Source of the DNA: Polyangiales bacterium
Lineage (GTDB): Bacteria; Myxococcota_A; Polyangia; Polyangiales; Houyiibacteriaceae
Direction of reading: 5' to 3'
Assembly: GCA_045106895.1 (NCBI GenBank)
Contig: JBGCFM010000274.1
Location: forward strand, 1-33,625
DNA: 33,625 nt
Of the stretch, positions 1 through 8,799 are shown in pieces. Both the position numbers and the translations under genes were made by a program. Every line of letters starts with the position of its first letter. Position 1 is the stretch's first letter. The notes under the pieces were generated by a model. It saw only the letters and a list, made by a program, of their open reading frames with translations, was not told the origin of the DNA and ran no database searches.

Positions 1-1288
1 CGTACTGCGCCTCCAAAAGCCGCGCGCGAACCCGCCACAGTTCGGGTTCGTCGGGGTCACGGTAGACGAGTGGACGATGCTGGGGAGCCACCCACGGCGA
101 CCCCAGGACGGCATCGATGATGGCTTCACGAAGGGCGGCGGCGGAGTGACCCGTCAGCCGCACCGTGACGTCTTGTTCCCGCTCGCGCGTGCTGTCCGTC
201 GCGATGGGCGCACCGAGAATGTAGCGATTGGGCACAGAGACCTCGTTGCCTTGGGCGTCTCTCAGGGAGGACGCCCGAAACCCGACGTGCTCGACTTGGC
301 CCGAGAACTCTTTGCTCGAAAGCCACATGCCTTTGCGCACCCGTCGCTCGAAGGCGAGGACGATGCCAGCGATGAGATCCGGCAAGAGGTCACGCGCAGA
401 CCAGCCGACGGCGAGGGCGACGCCGGCGAATACCAGCAGCAACACGAGGGACATGCGCGGCGGTAAGAAGCGCACGACGAAGGCGACGACGAGGGCGACG
501 ACGAGGAGACGTGCCGCCAGGTGAGCAAAGGCGAAGACCGTCGGCAATATCCCCTTGGGCGCCAGGCCGTCTCGAACGCGCCGGATGCCTCCGGCGAAGG
601 CCGCCGCCAGCAGCACGAAGATGAGGAGCATAAAGAGGCTCCCGTAACTTCGGTCCGTTCCGAAAGTCTGAACGAAGCTCTCGAGTTCCTCGGCAAAGAC
701 CCCTGGCTCGTCCACGACGATGGTGGGCACGACGGCCTCCCCCTGCTCCGAACGACTGGTGAAGAGTTCGCCGAGGTTTTGAATCTGCGCGTCGAGCTCT
801 TCTTGGCGCCGCTGTGCGTCGCGCGCGGACTCCCGTGCAGACTCAGACTCCGCTTCGAGGCGACGCATCAGCGCTCGGCCCGCCTCTTCGGCTCGCGCAC
901 GCTCCAAGGCTTCCCTGGCTTCGAGGTCGGCGTTCGCCCGGTCTTGGGCCGCCCGCACCATCTCGAACTCGTCGAAGGGATCGATGAGCGAGCCGGCGGG
1001 CTCTTGCGCCGCCTGCGAACCCGGCTCTTGCGCGGGCACTTCGTTGGCAGCCTCTTCGTTGGCAGGCTCTTCGTTGGCAGCCTCTGGCACCTCCGCAGCC
1101 CGCTCATCACTCGGCGCGTCGGACTCGGTCCCCTCGGCGTCCTCCGGCGGACTCTCTGGGGATCCCTCCGGCGGTGGCTGGGGGACCCCCTCTTCGGCCT
1201 GGGCGTCGCCGCCTCGCGCGCCAACGCCTTGAGCGAACGCCCCAGTGGACAAGGTCAGCGCGAGGCTAACGATGAGAAAGCGAATCAT
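1..1288 (-). CDS. MscS-family mechanosensitive channel with signal peptide and acidic/coiled-coil N-terminal extension (3' end outside window)
   Basis: Translated by hand from ATG at 1288, which overlaps the upstream TGA (TGATG). The frame stays open to the window edge. Begins MIRFLIVSLALTLSTGAFA|Q, then an E/P/A-rich region, a coiled coil and 3 hydrophobic helices. These are followed by FAGVALAVGWSARDLLPDLIAGIVLAFERRVRKGMWLSSKEFSGQVEHVGFRASSLRDAQGNEVSVPNRYI, which matches the MscS TM3 + beta-domain signature. Confidence 0.88.
   Translation of the reverse strand, partial: MIRFLIVSLALTLSTGAFAQGVGARGGDAQAEEGVPQPPPEGSPESPPEDAEGTESDAPSDERAAEVPEAANEEPANEEAANEVPAQEPGSQAAQEPAGSLIDPFDEFEMVRAAQDRANADLEAREALERARAEEAGRALMRRLEAESESARESARDAQRRQEELDAQIQNLGELFTSRSEQGEAVVPTIVVDEPGVFAEELESFVQTFGTDRSYGSLFMLLIFVLLAAAFAGGIRRVRDGLAPKGILPTVFAFAHLAARLLVVALVVAFVVRFLPPRMSLVLLLVFAGVALAVGWSARDLLPDLIAGIVLAFERRVRKGMWLSSKEFSGQVEHVGFRASSLRDAQGNEVSVPNRYILGAPIATDSTREREQDVTVRLTGHSAAALREAIIDAVLGSPWVAPQHRPLVYRDPDEPELWRVRARLLEAQY
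1040..1084 (-). repeat. 3 x 15-bp in-frame tandem repeat encoding EAANE/EPANE/EAANE
   Basis: + strand reads ttcgttggcagcctc / ttcgttggcaggctc / ttcgttggcagcctc. Confidence 0.95.
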
Positions 1289-4200
1289 CACGACCACCCC
1301 TTCTCTGCCAATACACGACCGACGACGCCGCGAAGATGCGCTGCAATTCGAACCACGCCATCGGTCCCTTCGAGCACGCCTAAGTGCTGCAGGCGACCGA
1401 TCTCCGCGCGGGCACTTCGTTCGTCACGGCGACGCAAGTTGGCGAGGACCGGCGCATCCATCCAGCCCTGGCGCGCCACGAGAAAGAGCGTGTGAAGTTC
1501 GTCGTCGGGGAGCGCGCGCACGACGTGGTAATTGCTGTTCGGCACGGGACCCACGTGGACGATGTCCTCGTCCTGAATCTGTCGAATGCTCGCGAGCCAC
1601 AAACGAAGAGCGTCGCGTACGAGGCCGCCGGTCGCCGCGTGCAACTCCGCAAAATACTGCTCGTAGGGGCTGCGCACTTTGCTCACCGCGCGCGCCAAGA
1701 GCGTCTCGACTCGGGCGTCGCCTTCGATGCGCTCGAAGGCGTGGCCGTAGCCGCTCAGGCGGTGTCGCTCCATGACGGCGCTGGTGAGCTCTTCCACGGT
1801 GAGAGGCTCCAGCTTCACAACATCGGGGAACGCGTCTTCGAGAGGCGCGATCGCCGACGCGTATTTCCAAAGCAGCTCGTCTGCGTACACCAACCAGGAA
1901 CGTGCTTCGCCATCCGCGAGCATGCCATCGACAAACGCGCGAAGCGGTGCGAAACCACCCGGCCGTGTGGAGACGAGCCAGTGCATTCCTTCGACGACGA
2001 CGAGTTGAGATTGCTTCGCTTTCGCAAGGTGCTCCTTCACGTCGGCGAGCGTCTGCGGGCCATCGAGGGCAATGCGCGCGACGGACTTCCAGCGTCCGCC
2101 TCGAATGATGGCGCCACCGACGGAAGCTTTGCCCACGCCATCAGGTCCGACGAGGGCAACCGCGCGGCGGAGACCGACCTGGCCCTTCTTCGGAAGGAGG
2201 ATCTCGCGAGCGCTGCGGATGAGCTCGTCGCGTCCCGTCAGAACGTCGCTCGCCTCCATGGTGTCGGCGGCGAAGAGCCGACGGTAGACAACGGGCAACG
2301 TCGTGATGGCTTTCGGCTCGGTGAACACTGCCTTGCCGAAGGACGCTTCTTCCTTGGTGACGTGAAGACCCAGCGCCTCTCGCCATGCGGCGAGGCGCTC
2401 GATGCCGACGATGGCGACGACGGTGCGTTTGAACTGCTCTTTGGCATCCGTCAGCAGCTTCGGAAGGTCCGTCGCCTGTTGAGCCAAACGCCGGCGTGTC
2501 GCCGTCTTTCGGATGACGTTGAGCTTCGCCTGTGTGATCTTGCCATCGACGAGCTGACCGCGCAGCTCATCGAGCGCGCCGAGGACCGCTTCGCGAACCT
2601 CTTGGCCAAAGGTGCTCGGCCACTCGCCGCTCGTCTCCGCAAAAGTGTGCACCGTGGCGTGGACGCGATCCAGCTGACCAAAGATCATCTCGTGGAGGAG
2701 GCTCAGGGTCTCCGCCGGGACCTTGTCGTCGTGCACGACCTCAAGCTCCGCGGTGGCGAGCTCCACGTTGAAGGCGACGAGTCGCTCCGCCTCTTTCAGC
2801 ACAAGGGCGAGGGGCTGAAGCTCGTCGGCGGCGGCACGCGCTGCGCGGTAAAGCTTCGGCATGACGGTGGTCTCCGTGAACTCACTCACGAGCTCGCGGA
2901 ACGGAACCTCCACGGACGGCACCGGCGAGGGGAGCCGCTCGTCCCCACGCATCATGCGTCCAGCGATGACCTCGTAGCGATTGGTCAAAGTCTCCGCGGT
3001 ATCCTGAACCGCTTTGACGAGGTCTTCGAACTTGGCGGAGTTGAGGAGTTCGTCGCGCATGTCACGCACGATGCGTGACGCGTCGCCGGCAACCTTCTCA
3101 GAGCTGTCCGTCACCTGACGGATTTCGCCAGCGAGCTGCGCGCCGGTGCGCGGCTCGTCCCGGTCCCGCAAGATCGACGCGACCTGCTGCAGCGCCTCGA
3201 GGAGCGTCTCGTCCGCTCGGCGTGCCTGTTGCACAGCGCGCCGCTCCAGCTCGCTCTGCAACCGAGACTGGTGTGTGGCGACGACGTCCTTGAGGCGCGC
3301 TTCGAGACCGACGAGTTCCAGCTCCATGGCCAGGAGTGAGAACTCACCGCCGCACGACTCACGCAGAGCGTCGACGGAGGTGCTGAGCTGGTCGAGGGCC
3401 TTCACGCGGTCGCGGAAAACATTGCTGCTCTGACGGCGTCGTTCAGGAAGCTCAAAGGTGCTGATGAAGGGCAAGTCGTTCTTGATGCCGCGCAGCCCCT
3501 CGGCGAGGGTTCTGGCGGTGCGGTGCGTGCCGCCGCGTGCCATGCGCCGGACCTCGTCGAGGGCGAGGAGGAGGCCTTCCTCGACATCCTCGCGGATGGC
3601 GGCAACACGTTGCTCCATGGTGATGGAACGATCGTGGTCCGTCGTGGCGAGCTTGTCGTAGGCGTGGACGATCCCATCAAAGAGGTTTCGTGTCCGGCCG
3701 GCGAGGTGCCGCTCCGCGTCGACGAGAAGCGCCGCTGTCGACTCAAGCTTCGGCGGCGTCTTTCCGGAAAGGTGAAAGCGAACCAAGTCGTTGAACGCGA
3801 CCCTTCGTGGGCTCATGGGGCGCCCCAAGGCTTTTGCCGTACCACGTCGCAAGCGGTACCAGCCTCGCCGCAACGAAGTCAGCGCGTCGTCGGTGGGGCG
3901 AGCTTCAAAGCTCACGTCGGCGAAAGGCACGTTGGCCTGCGCGGGGAAACCGACGCCAAGGTCGTCGACGGCCTCGACGAGATCCGTCGCATGCCAGTGC
4001 GCCCGCTGTCTCAGCTGCGCCGCACGCGCCAGCACCGTCGTGCGCCAACGTTCGCTCAGCTCCGCCTGCTCGGTGCGGAGAAGCACAACGAGCTCCGCCA
4101 TCGCCGCCGCTTCCGAGGCTTCGTCTTCGGCAGCGCCCACGGCGCGCGCCTGCACCAAAAGGCGCCGGTGATGGCGTAAGAACTCGCGTCGCAGGTCACG

Positions 4201-5934
4201 AAGGAAGCCTTCGCCGCTCGCCTTGAAGCTCGTCATGGGCCCATCGTCGATGTCGCGCACCAAGGAGCGAAGGTCGCCCTCAAGCTCGTGTAGCAGCGAG
4301 TCGACTTCGGCGGAGCCGCTCTCGAACTCCGACGCCCAGTCAACCTCGTCCACGAGCGTTGGCCACGCCGCGAACTCTTGGCTCGGGAGCTCAGCGCCAT
4401 CTTCGGAGGCCTCAGACTTCTTGTCGCCAACCTCGCCAGCGAGGGAGAGAGCGACCTTGAGAAGAACGGGTCCCAGCACTTCGTTGATCGCGACGCCGGC
4501 GATGAGCAGGCTGCTTAGCGCGTGGACCTCTTCTGGGAAGCGGTCCGTGGCGAGGAAGCTCGCGAAAGTGATAGCGACGCCAGCCTGGGAGAGGAAGCCC
4601 ATCCAGCCATACTTGCGGGTACCGTCGTCGGCACCGCCGAGTATCGCACCGCCCCAAACGCCCAGGTAGACGGCGAAGATTCGCACGAGAACCAACGCGA
4701 CAGCGAATGGCAAGAGCGCGATGACTTTGTCGAGTTCAAGATGGGCGCCGGCGAGGGTAAAGAAGACCACGTAGACAGGCATCGAGAGCTGCTCGACGCT
4801 GTGGATGAGCTTCTCGCCAAGCTTGCTGAAGTTCGAGACAAGGAAGCCCGCCGTAATGAAGACGAGGACGGCGTCAAGGTGCAGTTCGGCGGCGATAAGC
4901 GTGGACAGATAGACGCTGCCAGCGACGAAGAGGATGAGTTCCCGTCCAACGAAGCGAAGGTAGAGCGCCATTCCGCCGCCTAGGAGGACACCGCCAAGAA
5001 TCGATCCGCCGATCTCGATGGCCAGCGTCGCCACGAGAGAGCCCTCGCTGGCCTGACCCATAGACTGCGCCGCGAGCGCCGAAAAGACGCCGAAGAGAAC
5101 AACGACGAAGACGTCTTTGAGGACAACACTGCTCATGACCGTCTGCGTCATGGGCCCTTTGGCGCCGGTCTCGTTGATGATGGCGACGGTCGCCGCGGGA
5201 GAGGTGGCGAAGCTGATGGCGCCAACGGTGAGACCGATCGGCAACCAGGCCGCGCTCACGTCGCCGAGGCCAGGCAACGCCAACATAGGGATGGCGCCGC
5301 TGACGAGATAGAAGAAGCCGGTGGTGATAACCAGCACTGTGACCAACTGGCCGGCAAGAACGCCAGCGATGGCGCGCATACCTCGCCTTAACTGATCGAG
5401 CTTGAGCTCACCGCCGGCGGTAAGAGCGATGAGGGCGACGGCGAGGGTGTTGAGCGGACTCAGCTGGTCCATCACGTCGTTGTTGAGAACGCCCTCGTCG
5501 AAAGGGGCCATGAGCCGGAACGGAATGAACTGAGCGATGGACGGCCCAAAGAAGATGCCGGCGACAAGGTAGCCCGTGATGTGGGGGAGCTTGATGACGT
5601 CGACGAGTACACCGATGGTGAAGCACGCGAGGATGACGAAGCCCAAAGCCAGCATCGCCGTCGGGTCGTATTCCCTGCCTTCGATGGGCACGGCGAACTC
5701 GTGCAGGACGATCATCGCGACCACGAGGAGCGCGATGATGGTGATCTGGCGCAGGAACGCGCCTTCGCCGCCGCCGTGGCCGTGGCCGCCGCTTTCGTGG
5801 TCGTGATCGTCTCCGCCGGCGACCTCGTCGGCGGACGCGATGCGCGCATGGACGGCGAGGACCTCGTCGTCGTCGTCAGCCACGGCGAACGTCGCGCGCT
5901 CTTCTTCTTCAGGAGGTAGTTCTTCTTCGCTCAT
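1288..5934 (-). CDS. Cation:proton antiporter (CPA/Na-H exchanger domain) fused to a long helical region and a C-terminal P-loop NTPase-like + winged-helix-like domain, 1548 aa
   Basis: aa ~60-500 are multi-TM with CPA motifs (KLPHITGYLVAGIFFGPS, ALIALTAGGEL, ATSPAATVAII, VFFTLAGAHL, GFLSQAGVAI, INEVLGPVLLK). aa ~505-1210 are helical. The C-terminal part has LPVVYRRLF..LTGRDEL, Walker A-like VGPDGVGKA (nt 2148-2125), Walker B-like LVVVEG, and later HAATGGLVRDALRLWL. Confidence 0.88.
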   Translation of the reverse strand: MSEEELPPEEEERATFAVADDDDEVLAVHARIASADEVAGGDDHDHESGGHGHGGGEGAFLRQITIIALLVVAMIVLHEFAVPIEGREYDPTAMLALGFVILACFTIGVLVDVIKLPHITGYLVAGIFFGPSIAQFIPFRLMAPFDEGVLNNDVMDQLSPLNTLAVALIALTAGGELKLDQLRRGMRAIAGVLAGQLVTVLVITTGFFYLVSGAIPMLALPGLGDVSAAWLPIGLTVGAISFATSPAATVAIINETGAKGPMTQTVMSSVVLKDVFVVVLFGVFSALAAQSMGQASEGSLVATLAIEIGGSILGGVLLGGGMALYLRFVGRELILFVAGSVYLSTLIAAELHLDAVLVFITAGFLVSNFSKLGEKLIHSVEQLSMPVYVVFFTLAGAHLELDKVIALLPFAVALVLVRIFAVYLGVWGGAILGGADDGTRKYGWMGFLSQAGVAITFASFLATDRFPEEVHALSSLLIAGVAINEVLGPVLLKVALSLAGEVGDKKSEASEDGAELPSQEFAAWPTLVDEVDWASEFESGSAEVDSLLHELEGDLRSLVRDIDDGPMTSFKASGEGFLRDLRREFLRHHRRLLVQARAVGAAEDEASEAAAMAELVVLLRTEQAELSERWRTTVLARAAQLRQRAHWHATDLVEAVDDLGVGFPAQANVPFADVSFEARPTDDALTSLRRGWYRLRRGTAKALGRPMSPRRVAFNDLVRFHLSGKTPPKLESTAALLVDAERHLAGRTRNLFDGIVHAYDKLATTDHDRSITMEQRVAAIREDVEEGLLLALDEVRRMARGGTHRTARTLAEGLRGIKNDLPFISTFELPERRRQSSNVFRDRVKALDQLSTSVDALRESCGGEFSLLAMELELVGLEARLKDVVATHQSRLQSELERRAVQQARRADETLLEALQQVASILRDRDEPRTGAQLAGEIRQVTDSSEKVAGDASRIVRDMRDELLNSAKFEDLVKAVQDTAETLTNRYEVIAGRMMRGDERLPSPVPSVEVPFRELVSEFTETTVMPKLYRAARAAADELQPLALVLKEAERLVAFNVELATAELEVVHDDKVPAETLSLLHEMIFGQLDRVHATVHTFAETSGEWPSTFGQEVREAVLGALDELRGQLVDGKITQAKLNVIRKTATRRRLAQQATDLPKLLTDAKEQFKRTVVAIVGIERLAAWREALGLHVTKEEASFGKAVFTEPKAITTLPVVYRRLFAADTMEASDVLTGRDELIRSAREILLPKKGQVGLRRAVALVGPDGVGKASVGGAIIRGGRWKSVARIALDGPQTLADVKEHLAKAKQSQLVVVEGMHWLVSTRPGGFAPLRAFVDGMLADGEARSWLVYADELLWKYASAIAPLEDAFPDVVKLEPLTVEELTSAVMERHRLSGYGHAFERIEGDARVETLLARAVSKVRSPYEQYFAELHAATGGLVRDALRLWLASIRQIQDEDIVHVGPVPNSNYHVVRALPDDELHTLFLVARQGWMDAPVLANLRRRDERSARAEIGRLQHLGVLEGTDGVVRIAAHLRGVVGRVLAEKGWS

Positions 5935-5945
5935 CGTTCAGTTCG

Positions 5946-7457
5946 CTATCGGCGCCAGAAGTCCGGAAGAAGGAGGGCAAAAAGGGTAAAAAACTCGAGC
6001 CGCCCGAGGAGCATCGAGAGCACAAAGAAAAGCTTGGACCCGGCGCTATAAGCCGCGAAATTGTCCGAGTTAAAATGTAGGTCGTAAAACGGTGCCGGCC
6101 CCATATTGGACAAGCATGTGAGCATGGCGCCGAAAGCCGTTGGCACAGGAACACCTTCCACAGCCGCCAGCAGGAAGATGCCCGCGCCGAGACAAGCCAT
6201 GTAGATGACGAAGAAGACCGCGACGTCCGCGAGGATCGCTTTGGGGACCGTGTTGCGGCCCATACGAACGACCTGCACGACGCTCGGCTCGAAACTGCTG
6301 CGCACTTGGGCGAGCCCTTGTTTGGCGAGCATGACCATTCGTTCGATCTTGATGCCGCCGGCCGTCGAGCCCGAACAACCACCGACGAACATGAGCGCGA
6401 TGAGCAACGTGAACGCCGGCGCGCTCCACGCCGTGTAGTCGTCGGAGCCGTAGCCTGTCGAGGACACCGTTGTCGCGACCATGAAGTAGGCGTTTCGCGA
6501 CGCTGTGCCGAGGTCCCCGTGGATAGGCAAATTGAAAAGCGTCAGAAGGCCCACGGAGAGAACGCAGATCATCAGGTAGACGCGGAACTCGACGTTCCGG
6601 AAGAATGTGCGCGGGTCCCGCTTGCGCAGCATGACGTAGAAGAGTCCGTAGTTGACGCTTCCGATGAACATGAACGTGGCGATGGTCCACTCCACGGCGG
6701 GCATGCCGAAGGCGCCAACGCTGCCGTCGCGCGTGGAGAACCCGCCCGTCGACATGGTGGTGAGCGCGTGACAAAGGGCCTCGAAGACGTCCATCCCGAG
6801 GACCGCGAGGATGACGAACTCGGTCAGCGTAAAGAACGCGTAGATCTTCCACAACGTGATGGAGGTCTCGGCGATGCGAGGACGAAAACCCTCCGCCTGG
6901 GCGCCGGGGGCTTCGCCACGGTAGAGGTGCTTGCCTCCTGCGCCGAGGCTTGGAAAGACCGCGACGAAGAGCACAACGATGCCCATACCGCCCAGCCACT
7001 GCGCCATGGAGCGCCAAAGAAGAAGTGGCCGCGAAAGACGTGTCTCGATGTCCGTGATAACCGTCGCGCCCGTCGTCGTCAGTCCTGAGACCGCTTCGAA
7101 GAGCGCGTCCGCGGGCGACATGGAGGCGCCGAAGATGAACGGCAGCGCGCCACAAACCCCAGCGCTCGCCCAAATGAGCGCCACCGCAAGAATCGCCTCG
7201 CGGCGGTTGAGCTCCGGGCGAATATGATTCTTGCCGTAGGCGTAGGCCGCGGCGCCGAGCGCGCATGAAGAGAGCGCCGCCAGAAGCGTAGCGCCGCCGC
7301 CGCCCTGGGGCAGCAGGAGGTTGGGTGCGGCGAGGTCCCAGATGATGCCGACGACACCGCAAAGCGCCGTGGCAATGCCCACGCCGAACATCACAGCGCC
7401 TACTGGGCGCGCGACTCCGCGAAAGCTCCGCCAGGTACGTGGCGCCGAACGTGCCAT
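5946..7457 (-). CDS. trkH: Trk system K+ uptake membrane subunit TrkH
   Basis: Pore and conserved motifs FEAVSGLTTTGAT, QWLGGMG, TMSTGGFS, VSSTGY, FVGGCSGSTAGGIK, CLSNMGP, MLLGRLE. Confidence 0.96.
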   Translation of the reverse strand: MARSAPRTWRSFRGVARPVGAVMFGVGIATALCGVVGIIWDLAAPNLLLPQGGGGATLLAALSSCALGAAAYAYGKNHIRPELNRREAILAVALIWASAGVCGALPFIFGASMSPADALFEAVSGLTTTGATVITDIETRLSRPLLLWRSMAQWLGGMGIVVLFVAVFPSLGAGGKHLYRGEAPGAQAEGFRPRIAETSITLWKIYAFFTLTEFVILAVLGMDVFEALCHALTTMSTGGFSTRDGSVGAFGMPAVEWTIATFMFIGSVNYGLFYVMLRKRDPRTFFRNVEFRVYLMICVLSVGLLTLFNLPIHGDLGTASRNAYFMVATTVSSTGYGSDDYTAWSAPAFTLLIALMFVGGCSGSTAGGIKIERMVMLAKQGLAQVRSSFEPSVVQVVRMGRNTVPKAILADVAVFFVIYMACLGAGIFLLAAVEGVPVPTAFGAMLTCLSNMGPAPFYDLHFNSDNFAAYSAGSKLFFVLSMLLGRLEFFTLFALLLPDFWRR

Positions 7458-8797
7458 CAGAAGCCGCGTCTCCGACCAAAGAGACGTTCAATGCTCGGGC
7501 GCGCTTCCGCGGTGGTCATAATGAGCACGCCATCGCCGGCGCGGACTTCGTCGTCACCGCCAGGAATGATCACCTTTTCGCCCCGCGTGATCGCCGTGAG
7601 TAGCGAGCCGCGTGGCATCTGAAGACGCCGCAGCGGAGTGTTCGCCGCGTTGCACCCGGAAGCCGCCGTAAGTTCGATGATCTCCGCGGCGCCGCCGGCG
7701 ATGGAGTGGAGCGAATGAACAGCGTCGGAGCGCGTTGCCTGCAAGATCTCGTCGGCGGCAACGGAGCGCGGCGAGAGCACGACGTCGATGCCCAGCTCGT
7801 GATAGATCGGCGCGTAGTCCGCACGCTGTACGACGGCGGCGGTTCGCGTGACACCGGCGCGCTTCGCGATGAGCGACGCCATGAGGTTGACCTCGTCGTG
7901 GGAGGTCACGGCGGCGAAGAGGTCGAAGGTCTCGATCTCGATCTCTTCGAGGAGCGCGCTGTCCGTTCCATCGCCCTGAACGACGGTGATGTCCGCGTGG
8001 TTCTCCGCCAGAACGCGCGCGGCGACGGGGTCGGACTCCACGATGGTCACGTGAGCGCCGTGGGGCAGCACCTGACGCGCAAGAGCCTGACCGATGACGC
8101 CACCGCCGACGATGAGGATTCGGCGTGCTTCTCGCCTCGTGGAGAACAGGTCCTCGGCTTGGAGGACGCTCCCTGGAAGCCCAACGAGGTACACGGTGTC
8201 GCCTGGGAGCAGCACGTCCGCGCCGCCGGGGATGGTGATCTGTCCGTCGCGCAAGTAGGCGGCAACGAGCGTTGATTTGGGCAACGGCAACTTGGAAAGC
8301 TGCTTGTTGGCCATGCGCGAGGTCATGGCCATCTCCACGAGCTCCACGCGGTCTTGGGCGAGGTCGACGACGTCCGCCGCGCCGTGAGAGCGAGCGACGC
8401 GGCCAAGCTCCTGGCCCACGAGAACACGTGGGTTGATGACGACGTCGACGCCGAGGAGTCCATAGCGCACGCCTTCGGTCCAGCGTGCCCATTCGTTACC
8501 CTGAGCGCGCGCCACGACGGACTTGGCACCAAGCTGACGCGCCGCGAGGGCCGCGATGAGGTTTACTTCGTCGTGGTTGGTGACGGCGACGACGAGGTCC
8601 GCCGTCGCGACGCCGGCGGCATCGAGGACATCTTGGCTCGCGCCGTAGCCGGACACGGTAGCGACGTCGTGATGCTCTTCGACATAATCGATGGCCTTCG
8701 GGTCTCTGTCGACGGCGACGATGTCGTGGCCATCCGTCGCGAGAGTCTTGACCAAAAAGCGGCCGACCTCCCCGAGGCCGATAACGACGACATACAT
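7457..8797 (-). CDS. trkA: Trk system K+ uptake regulatory subunit TrkA (tandem RCK N/C domains)
   Basis: 446 aa with two Rossmann GxGxxG motifs (IGLGEVG, VGGGVIG) and two AVTxHDEVNL motifs. The stop overlaps the trkH ATG (TGATG). Confidence 0.95.
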   Translation of the reverse strand: MYVVVIGLGEVGRFLVKTLATDGHDIVAVDRDPKAIDYVEEHHDVATVSGYGASQDVLDAAGVATADLVVAVTNHDEVNLIAALAARQLGAKSVVARAQGNEWARWTEGVRYGLLGVDVVINPRVLVGQELGRVARSHGAADVVDLAQDRVELVEMAMTSRMANKQLSKLPLPKSTLVAAYLRDGQITIPGGADVLLPGDTVYLVGLPGSVLQAEDLFSTRREARRILIVGGGVIGQALARQVLPHGAHVTIVESDPVAARVLAENHADITVVQGDGTDSALLEEIEIETFDLFAAVTSHDEVNLMASLIAKRAGVTRTAAVVQRADYAPIYHELGIDVVLSPRSVAADEILQATRSDAVHSLHSIAGGAAEIIELTAASGCNAANTPLRRLQMPRGSLLTAITRGEKVIIPGGDDEVRAGDGVLIMTTAEARPSIERLFGRRRGF

Positions 8798-8799
8798 GA

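Noticed and set aside
1384..3078. Long + strand ORFs (also 521-1495, 9475-10434, 11836-13203, 18441-19766, 24630-25715)
   Set aside because: Antisense shadows of well-supported minus-strand genes, expected at high GC; no recognisable motifs.
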